From Eledone cirrhosa (Eukaryota): DNA of 64,000 nucleotides. Shown here piece by piece: positions 53,863 through 64,000 of this stretch. The notes beneath the pieces are model-generated. The model was given only the letters and a program-made list of their open reading frames with translations, was not told the DNA's origin and did not search any database. Location of the stretch: positions 53,754,001 through 53,818,000 of the forward strand of contig OZ024750.1 in NCBI GenBank assembly GCA_964016885.1. The letters run 5' to 3'. Position 1 is the stretch's first letter. Every line of letters begins with the position of its first letter. A program made the position numbers and the translations under genes.

Positions 53863-53898
53863 TCTTCTGATGAAGGACTAGCGTCCGAAACGTTAAGA
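53863..53898 (+). ncRNA. Minimal type I hammerhead ribozyme in a solo pLTR ending at (TA)n (about 53985)
   Basis: TCTT CTGATGA A GGAC-TAGC-GTCC GAAA CG TT / AAGA, with palindromic AACGTT stem III typical of Penelope hammerheads. Confidence 0.85.
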
Positions 53899-53982
53899 CC
53901 CTCTTCCTGCTATTTCAAGCGTTAACCTAATATATTCCTTCCGCCTACTGTACCGATTGTGTTGTTATTTCTGTTTACCTTT

Positions 53983-54050
<68 letters not shown>

Positions 54051-54544
54051 GAGAGAGAGAGAGAGAAAGAGAGTTAGACACATATAATACTATTATTGGA
54101 GCTGTGTTGGTTCCACTTGTGAGTGTTCCTGTTACTACAGTCAACGGAGCATGATATTGAAGTAAATAGCTGAGTATTGTACTGGTATAACAGAGCTGTG
54201 AGGGAGATTTAGTAAGGAACATTGTGTGACAACACTCAGCTATATCTGAGGGAAAAGAAGTAATGTGAAATAAAGTATCTTGCTCAAGGACATGACTTGC
54301 TAAGTCATGTGTTAGAGGCAGACAAGACAGAATGCTAGTATGAAGGAAAGAATTTAAAAACATGTTAACCCAACCATTACCACAACCTTATCAACCTTCT
54401 TACATTTGTGTTGAGTTCTGGTTCATGTGGCATCGTGACAACCAGACATGAAGGTCATACAGTTATTATATTGTTATGATTATCAGTCATATAGAAGACA
54501 GCTGGTTTATATTTACCACTAGTGTCATATTGGTGTTAATTCTC

Positions 54545-55160
54545 ACCACTACACCACCACCACTACACCTTACCACACCACCACTACACCTTACCACACC
54601 ACCACTACACCTTACCACACCACCACTACACCTTACCACACCACCACTACACCTTACCACAGCACCACCACCACTACACCTTACCACACCACCACTACAC
54701 CTTACCCCACCCCACCACCACCACCACCACTACACCTTACCCCAATACCACCACCACTACACCTTACCACACCACCACCACCACCACTACACCTTACCAC
54801 ACCACCACTACACCTTACACCACCACCACCACCACTACACCTTACCCCACTACCACTACACCTTACCACACCACCACCACCACTACACCTTACCCCACCA
54901 CCACTACACCTTACCACACCACCACTACACCTTACCACACCACCACTACACCTTACCACACCACCACTACACCTTACCCTACCACCAACACCACTACACC
55001 TTACCCCACCACCACTACACCTTACCCTACCACCAACACCACTACACCTTACCCCACCACCACTACACCTTACCACAGCACCACCACCACTACACCTTAC
55101 CCCACCACCACCAACACCACTACTCCTTACCCCACCACCAACACTAGACCTTACCCCACC
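54545..55160. repeat. CCA-rich minisatellite, unit about 18 bp
   Basis: CCACCACTACACCTTACCA-like units. Confidence 0.9.
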
Positions 55161-56559
55161 AGTGATATGAGTGCCCTATGTCTAGGAAAAAGACATGATA
55201 GCCAGACCTGGTGAGAGGTCTAACAGGCCTGAATTGTGGTTAAACAAGCTTCTTGTGGCCCTGACAAGACTATAGTAGTTCTGTGTTGCTTCTCTTTGAG
55301 AGCCAATCATTTTACAGAGTGTACTGGGTGCATTTTACTGTGGCATTAGAGTGGTTATTATATCCTCCTCAATCATACTAAAGGGTCTGCCTCTTCAATC
55401 TTTGTTGTTTCTACTCTACAGAGTGTAGTGAGTGCCCTTTACTGTGGCACCAACACTAGAGACATTTTTCATGCCCTCAGCAAAACTAAAGTGTTCTCTA
55501 GGCCCTATGTAGTTTCCACTTGTTTACCATCCACTTTACAGAGTGTACTGGGTGTATTTTATCATGACCCTACTTTTTACTTATCTCTATCCGGCTCCAC
55601 TCTTTAAACAAACCTCATGACTGAGCTTCCATGCAGTCGCTCAGCCTGCTAGTAATTGCAGCCAAATTTCCTGCAAATTCCATCATATGCTGTCTTAAAA
55701 ATAGAAAAGATTTTTTTAAATGTAGACATATACAAGATGGTCTCTGTGTGGTTGCTTGGCATGCTAGACATAGCAGCTATATCACCTTCAAATAGATTGT
55801 ACAATCTTAAAAAAGAAAGGACACATTGAAAATAATAAAAAATATAAAGAAAAATAATTGGCCTGCTAAAAGTTGCAACCAAATCTCTCTCAAATCACAT
55901 AGTGTCATCACAAAAAAGGAAGGACACAAAGGTATGCAGAAAAGAAGGAATAGCCACAGCCTGAAAGTCTGTGATCAGTTATGTGTTTGATCAGGGTTGT
56001 ACTTCAGTTAAACAACAACAACCTTTACAAGAATAACTATTTTTCCATCACTGGTAACAATAACAACCATGACACTTGAAAAACCTGTCCTACTTTACTG
56101 TTTCTTTTCTATTTCATTGTTGTCATTTGTTTTAACCCCCCCCCCTCTCTGTATATATGTAATTAGATACAACAGTGACATCTACAGGTACTTAAGTTTC
56201 CTTGGGTTATACACCCCAACTTTAAATAAACTGTTAAATAAACAAAGATGACTACCTCCACAAATTTAGTTCAAGTTTTTAGAAAATACAGGAGGGCTCT
56301 TCAAGGGCAGGTAATCTCAAATTTAACTAACTATATATATATATATATATATAATTTTTTTTTAAATTTATTTTGTGAGATTTCTTATCTGAAAACATGT
56401 TGAAACATATATTGTTATACTTTGGGAGGGTCATGTTGTTATACTCTGGGAGGGTCATGTTGTTATACTTTGGGAGGGTTATGTTGCCAATAAAAACACA
56501 TGCACCTGTTGGTTTTCACTTCAATTTATTATAAAGTTCCGGTTGGTTGGTTCGATAAC

Positions 56560-59055
56560 TGTCCTTCATTCACATCACATGACCACACCAACATAATCTC
56601 CTCTCAAGTAAACAGCATCTGATCTCTTTTATTCCTAATTTCTCTCCTAGTTCGTTTACGTTTTGCCGTTCGTGTATATTACTATTACACATCCATCGGA
56701 GCATGCAAGCTTCATTCATCTCTAATCTGCGCAGGTCCTCTGCACACAATGCCCAGGTCTAGCCATGTAACATTGCTGTTCGTATACAAGCATCATACAA
56801 TCTGCCTTTCATTCTTAGAGAGAACCGTGTAGGCAACAGGCCGTGTAGGCAACACGATAAAAACCTCCCAGCCCCACACTGTAAATGTGGTTGGTGTTAG
56901 GAAGGGCATCCAACTGTAGAAAACCCGCCAGACAGGCCTATGCGAGCAAGACAACCACTCTTGCCTCAAGTGGGAAAACTCCCGTCCAAACCCATGCAAG
57001 CGTGGAACATGGACGTTAAATGATGATGATGAACCCTTTAGCGGCCAATAGCGGTATAAGCTCTCTGAACCTTTTCCATCCCGTTCTGACTCTAGCTACT
57101 GTACTTTCAGAACACCCTCCACCACTGCTGATTTTGTCACCCAGGTAACGGAAGGTGTCCACTATTTCTATAGAACCATCTGTGCAATGGAATGAGCTAG
57201 TATTCTGTGGGCACTTGCTGCTACTTATTGCACCAGAGCACCGGCCACATATAAAATCTATATTCTTAGTTAGCTTACCTGTGATCCCACTACATCTTTT
57301 ATGCACCCATACTTTGCATTTGGGACATAAAATGGAGTTTCTGCCTACTCCTTTCCTACACACTGAGCATGGCCATTTCCCAGATGGGACCGGTGCCCTA
57401 TTTTCCTTCCTACAAACTAGAACTTTAGTCTTAGACAAGTTAACTTTAAGGCCTTTTGATTCTAGGCCATGCTTCCATGTTTGGAATTTCTTGTCTAGTT
57501 CAGCCATTGATTCAGCTATGAGTGTTAGATCATCTGCATATAGGAGTTCCCATGGGCAGCCGGTCTTGAACTCTTCTGTTATAGCCTGACAGCGGTATTA
57601 GCTCTGAACTTTTTCCAACCCGTTTTTAATCTGGCTACTGTACTTTCAGAGCACCCTCCACCACTGCTGGTTTTGTCATCCAGGTAATGGAAGGTGTCCA
57701 CTATTTCTATAGAACCATCTGGGCAATTGAAGGAGCTAGTATCCTTCAATTGCTACTTACTGCACCTGAGCATCGGCCACATATAAAATCTACATTCTTA
57801 GATAGCTTGCCTGTGATCCCACTACATCTTTTATGCACCCATAGTTTGCATTTGGGACATAGAATGGAGTTTCTGCTTACTCCTTTCCTACACACTGAGC
57901 ATGGCCATTTTCCAGGGGGTACCTGTACCCTATTTTCCTTTCTACATACTAGAACTTTAGTCTTAGACAAGTTAACTTTAAGGCCTTTTGATTCTAGGCC
58001 ATGCTTCCATGTTTGGAATTTCTAGTTCAGCCATAGATTGATAGATCATCTGCATACAGAAGTTCCCATGGGCAGCCAGTCTTAAACCCTTCTGTTATAG
58101 CCTGTAGGGCAATAATAAACAGGAGGGGGCTAAGAATGGAGCCTTGGTGAATACCCACTTTTAAGCTAAATTCATCACTATATTCAGTGTTAATTTGAAC
58201 CTTGCTGACTGTTCCTCTATACATGGCTTGTATAGCTCTCACAAGCCATTCTTCCACTCCTAGTTTACTAAGAGATTAAGGTGTGTGGGACTGTCAAAGG
58301 CTTTCTCCAGGTCAACAAAAGCTAAGTAGAGGGGTTTACTGTTAGCTAGATATTTCTCCTGTAATTGCTGTACAAGGAAAAGAGCATCTGTGGTTCTTTG
58401 ACCTGACACAAACCCAAACTACATTTCATCTAGATCAATTTGGTCTCTAATCAGCAGTGCAATAACACTTTCTGTGACCTTCATGACCTAGTCAACTGAC
58501 TTAATGCCTCTATAGTTTTCTCTATCCTGAGCATCTCCTTTGACCTTGCAGCAGTTAATGATGATGCTGCTACGCCAGTCATTTGATATGACCCCATTCT
58601 GTATTACTTGGTTTACTATCCAGGTGACCATAGTATGTCCCACCATTCCGGGTGCCTTCAACATTTCAGCAACTATCTCCGAAGGCCCAGCTACCTTGCC
58701 TGTCTTCATATCTTTGATTGCCTTACTTATTATACTACCATTAACTTGCACCGCTGGTCACTCTGTTGGATCAATTTGGGGCAGACTATCTTTGTCCCAT
58801 TTATTCTCCTCATTTAGTAGCCTCTCGTAGTGACACTTCCAAGCTATCTTCTTATCAGTGTCAGTGAGGGCAAGTATACCATCATCATCACGGACACACT
58901 TCTCCCCGACAATATCACGGTTTTCCTTGACACATTGTCTTGCAATTCTGAACACCTCTTGTTTTTGGTCCTCGCATTGTAGAACATACTTGAACTTTCT
59001 ATCCTCTGCTTCCCTTCTTGCAAAGTACACTTGTCTCCTAGCTTCTCTCCTAGCC
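56560..59055 (-). mobile_element. Older decayed RTE LINE interrupted by a younger chimeric RTE insert (56827-57589)
   Basis: ORFs 57016-57507, 57746-57970, 58027-58257, 58488-58751 and 58758-59165 match the 35-kb RT protein. Confidence 0.9.
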
Positions 59056-60601
59056 ACACGCACACACATATATATATACACACATACACACACACACTCA
59101 CACACACACATATATATATATACACACACACTGTCACTAATATAGAATACTCTATAACCTGTCATTTTTTATTTGTTGTTTTTAATATACTTTGTTTACT
59201 GAGTGACTTAGACAGAGAGACAGGGACTGATAAAGAGAGAGAGAGAGTAAAAGAGAGACAGAATGGTGGGGAGAGAGAGGCTGACAAAGATAGTAATAAA
59301 GTGAGGAAGAGAGACTGAGAGAGAAAGTAAGGTCTGTCTATGGACCCAACAGCCTCAGATGAAGACTTCCTCCCCAAAACTCTCTCTTGCTACTGTCACT
59401 AAGTTATCTAAATATTTGTGCTGTTTATAGTTACTAATTACTACTGCTACTATCACCACCAACATGTTTCTTTCTAGTATTTCTCAAGCATCACCCCAAT
59501 GTTCCTGTAAAAGTCTTCCTACCACCACCACTACCACTGTCACACTGCCAACACACCACAGTCACTTAGAACTGTCATTGCTAGTTTTAACTTCTTTATA
59601 TACAATTTTCTATGGATGGATAGATAGACTTACAGACTGAAAGATTATTCTGTTAGTGTCACTAATCTGCCTCTCCCTTTCAGAATCTCTATCTATTTAC
59701 CTCTTTTTCTCAATATCTGTGTCATTGTCTAACTATATCTCCTCACCCCACCTTTAAAGACATCTGTGAAGGGAATTATCACCCACATGCTGGTTGGTTG
59801 TGCTCCTGTGGAAGGTGAATGCCTTGAAAACTGTCTTTCACTAAAAATTCTCAAATTATTTTCATAGTTTTTTCTCTCAACATAGTTTAATGTTGAGCAC
59901 ACTGCCAGTTTTCACACACACATTTATATACACTAACATTAAGGTTATCTAGGTAGCTACCTAGGACATAGACCTCACACACAACATTGCAGTTCTATAC
60001 AAATTTATATAATTAAATAAAATATATTGAAATATATACATAATAAAAAAAATCAATCTGTGAACGCAGAAGTAAATATTTCGAAAAACGTTGCATCCGA
60101 AGGAAAACAGGAAGACGATACTTTGGTTTGTGAAGATGTTCCCTGGCAATGAACGGAAAATAGCAAACATAATACGTCTTCAAAACACACACACATATAT
60201 AAAAAGATGTATACACACACATACATACATACAAACACAAAAGGAGAGCCTTACTCTTAACCTGTGTTTGCTGCCATCATATGTATATATATATATGTGT
60301 GTGTGTAAGGATAAAGATCCCATAACCTCTTCTGGTGTCATAGAGCCACCGTCATACAGCGTGTCTAGGTACATTTAAACCTAGCAGAACCCAACCCTTT
60401 CCAGGTCTGAACAAAGCCAATTTCTTCTGGAGAGGAAGAATCAACCCCAGTACTGGGCTGGGTTTTTTTTATCGACCTTGAACTGATGAAAGGCAAAGTT
60501 GACCGTGGCAGGATTTGAACTCAGAGCACGCAATGAGGTGGGACGTAAAGCATTTTATCTGACGTAACGACTCTGCCAATTCACTGCCTACATATATATA
60601 T

Positions 60602-60934
60602 GGAGGCACATGGCTTAGTGGTTAGAGCACTGGCCTTGCAATCGAAAGGTTGTGAGTTTAATTCTCAGACCGAGTGATGTGTTGTTTCCTTGAGCAAGAC
60701 ACTTTATTTCACATTGCTCCAGTTTACTCAGCTGTAGAAATGAGATGATAGGACTGGGGTCCATATCATTCCACTGTAAAGTGGTCGTGGAGGTGCCACG
60801 GCAAAAAAGCACCCAGCCGACACTGTAAATGAGGTTGGTGTTAGGAAGGGCATCCAGCTGTAGAAATCAAGCCAGAATCAGTTCCCGTCCCACCCTTGCA
60901 AGCAGGGAAAAAGCGGACGTAAAATGATGATGAT
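60602..60934 (+). mobile_element. tRNA-derived CORE-like/RTE-tail SINE
   Basis: Near-identical to the copies at 6796 and 46554. Confidence 0.85.
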
Positions 60935-61044
60935 ATATATATGCATTCACAAACACTCACTTAAACACATATATACATGTACACAAACATGTTTTGTGGC
61001 TTTATTTTAGTAGAAATACTGATAGTTCTATGGAAGCTATTCAG

Positions 61045-61552
61045 CTGTGTATGTATGTGTATATATAAGTGTATGTATGTGTTTATATAGGTGTATGTAT
61101 GTATGTGTTTATATATATGCGTGTGTATGTGTTTATATAAGTGTATGTATGTTTAAATAAGTGTGTATATGTTTATATAAGTGTATGTGTGTGTTTATAT
61201 AAGTGTATGTGTGTGTTTATATAAGTGTATGTGTGTGTTTATATAAGTGTGTGTATGTGTTTATATAAGTGTATGTATGTGTGTGTTTATATAAATGTGT
61301 GTGTGTTTATATAAGTGTGTGTGTGTTTATATAAGTGTGTGTGTTTATATAAGTGTGTATGTGTTAATATAAGTGTGTATGTGTTTATATAAGTGTGTGT
61401 GTGTTTATATAAGTGTATGTGTGTGTGTGTGTGTGTGTGTTTATATAAGTGTGTGTGTGTTTATATAAGTGTATGTGTGTGTTTATATAAGTATGTGTGT
61501 GTGTTTGTATAAGTGTGTGTATGTGTTTATATATAAGTGTGTGTATGTGTGT
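61045..61552. repeat. (GT)nTTATATAAGT degenerate tandem repeat
   Basis: Direct reading of the sequence. Confidence 0.9.
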
Positions 61553-61684
61553 GATGTTTCTAAATATCTCACATTCAACTATTCTCAGTTACAAAATTGT
61601 TCCTAATTAAATGAAGAATTACTTCATCTTTGGTTTCATGTAGAGTTCCTGTTTATCTAGTGATATTTCCTAATGAATGGTAGT

Positions 61685-62160
61685 ACCACCACCACCACTG
61701 CCACTACTACCAGCAGTACTGGTACCCCCACCACCACCGTCACTAGTACTCCCCCACCACTGATACTACCCCCACCACCACCAGCAGTACTGGTACTCCC
61801 CCACCACCACTGATACCCCCTTCCCACCACCACCACCACTACTGGTACTCCTCCACCACACCACCTCCACTGATACTCCCCCACCACCACCACCTCCACT
61901 GTTACTCCCTCACCACTGATACTAACCCCCCCCCCACCACCACCACCACCAGCACTACTGGTACTCCCCCACCACCACCGCCACTGTTACTCCCCCACCA
62001 CCACCGCCACTGGTACTCCCCCACCACCACAGCCACTGGTACTCCACCACCACCGCCACTGTTACTCCCCCACCACCGCCAGCAGTACTGGTACTCCCCC
62101 ACCACCACAAGCAGTACTGGTACTCCCCCACCACCACCGCCACTGGTACTCCCCCACCAT
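61685..62160. repeat. C-rich CCACCACTGGTACTCCCC-type tandem repeat
   Basis: Direct reading of the sequence. Confidence 0.85.
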
Positions 62161-63156
62161 CTCAGGTACTTAGTCAATTGCTTGCCTCACTTTTCAGTCA
62201 TTAAACTGTGACCATGCTGGGGCACCACCTTAAACCTTTCTTTGCCATATTAATTTTTGGATTGGCAGTGTAAGTAGAGCGTCGGACACCATGCTTTGAT
62301 GCATAGTTACGGCCCTTTACATTCTGAGTTCAAATCCCACCAAAGTTAGCTTTGCTTTTTACTGTTATGGGGTTGGTAAAATAAAGTACCAGTAATGCAC
62401 TGGGCTGATTTAATTGACTTTCCCCTCTCCGCAAATTGGTGACCTTGTACCAAATGTAGAAACAATTATTACTTTGTTATTTTATTATATAAACTCTGCT
62501 TTTCTTCACTCAAGACATTGTCAGAGGTCAGATACTCTTCCAGCTCACTATACTCTCAGTTTGAGGTCAATAAATAAAGTACCAGTTCAATCCTTGATTG
62601 TCCCCCTCTCTCTTTCTCAGCTGTCATGGGGAGAGATGTACTCCCAAGGCTCCAATAGTTTATAATAGGCCACAACCTTGCCCCTATCACTTCAGCAGGA
62701 GTTGACTTCTCTTTCATACTCTTCAGTTTTTACCAGTCAATTCACTGTCCTCTACTTCTCTACAGGGAAATAAGGAGTTCTGCTCTTTTCCTTTTTTGTA
62801 TTCTTCATTTATTACCACTCTTTAAAAAATCTTTTGATATTAAAGCACCAGAAACTACCCCAATTTATACAATACAAAGCTGTTTATTTTAAAGTGTTCA
62901 TGTGTATTAAAAAAATCTTCCATTGTAATTTTATGTAAAAATCTTTGATCTGTTCGGAACACCTTAAGGACAAAGTTATACTAAATCTCTCCAAATTCTC
63001 AATTTTTTTCAGAATCATTTCAAAATTCTTGGCAGTGTATTTCATTAGAAATATAGTAATAAAAAGCTTAGACTTTTCCCCCAGTTCTTCAGCATCATAT
63101 CACCATCTTCTGAGTTGACAAACAAGTTTTATGGAACATCAAATTTTTTCATTTAA

Positions 63157-63366
63157 CCCTTTTATTACCATATAGCTATGATTTTCAAAATCATTCATAA
63201 AATAATCAATTGGATTCATCTTTCTCATTATTAAGCTGGTACTTGGAACACAGATTCTTACGGATAATTATGATGGACTACTTTTGGATAAATATAAACA
63301 ATTTGAAATAAACAGTTTTGTATGATAGAACCAGGGCTGGTTTCAGGCAGTTTGGTATCAAAAGGG
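63157..63366. mobile_element. piggyBac-type MITE (family 2)
   Basis: TTAA CCCTTTTATTACC...GGTATCAAAAGGG TTAA. An oppositely oriented decayed copy lies at about 62820-63070. Confidence 0.75.
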
Positions 63367-64000
63367 TTAATGAATAAAGTTTAAGAAGGATTTTTTTTTA
63401 GATCATCGATTTCCTTTATTTGATCAATCTGAAACTCGTCTGTTCCTGTTGATTATTTAACGGCTTCTGTTGTTTTTGCATAATTTTAGGTAAGATACAA
63501 AAATAGATTTTCATTCTTAGTTGAATTCTTCAACACCACTCTGCTCCATGTTATCTTCACTGTTAAATATATATCTAGAACAAGTTTTCTTGAGTTAATG
63601 AATCTGTAACCCATGTGTTATTCATGTAATTACTTTATCCACTGCTATTTACTGTTGTTACTGTTCCCTAATTTTACTAATAGACTTTATTTCCTCAGTT
63701 CAGTTCATCAACAGCGTGATCTTCCCTGTCACAAAAGGAATTTTCCATAACATCAACTTTGTTTAATGAATCCTAGCTAGAAATCATGTGTTCTTATACA
63801 AGCTGAGCTCCCTGTTTTGCCTGAGAAATGGGCAAAAATCCAAACCAGATTTATAAGCCAAGGCAACTAATCAACACATAAATATTGACACTAAATATAA
63901 GCTAATCTCCTGTTTTAACATTGATCTTTTAGTCACATATTCCTTGGCTTATAATTGAGTGTACTTCTATTGCTGCTGCTTAGAGATACAGCCTTCAGTC

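Noticed and set aside
54476-55147. His/Pro-rich 223-aa ORF
   Set aside because: It is a CCA-based tandem repeat with no splice or homology support.

Overview
AT-rich, repeat-dense animal genomic DNA, almost certainly one or more long introns. The SINE/RTE repertoire suggests a cephalopod such as octopus; this is inference, not proof. Only one convincing host exon is visible (25006-25191, + strand, phase 0/0, gene not recognised). The rest is RTE-clade LINE fragments (one with an open 674-aa RT frame carrying an embedded PHD-like finger), two tRNA-derived SINE families, a DD37D maT mariner remnant, piggyBac-type MITEs, a non-autonomous Helitron, a 9.9-kb and a 4.4-kb minisatellite and many microsatellites. 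The main signal not shown by the ORF track is about ten sequence-unrelated short elements inserted in (TA)n tracts, each carrying a minimal type I hammerhead ribozyme motif (intact, co-varied or decayed), as expected for Penelope-like element pseudo-LTRs or retrozymes. Five form long fold-back inverted repeats and two form 1.4-1.5-unit direct repeats. In four unrelated fold-back elements the inverted copy stops 4-7 nt before a small hairpin with a 2-nt 3' bulge, often followed by GAGYRCTYT. This is a candidate shared cis-signal that I do not recognise from the literature. All alignments and folds were done by eye, and element ends are approximate unless a junction is quoted.
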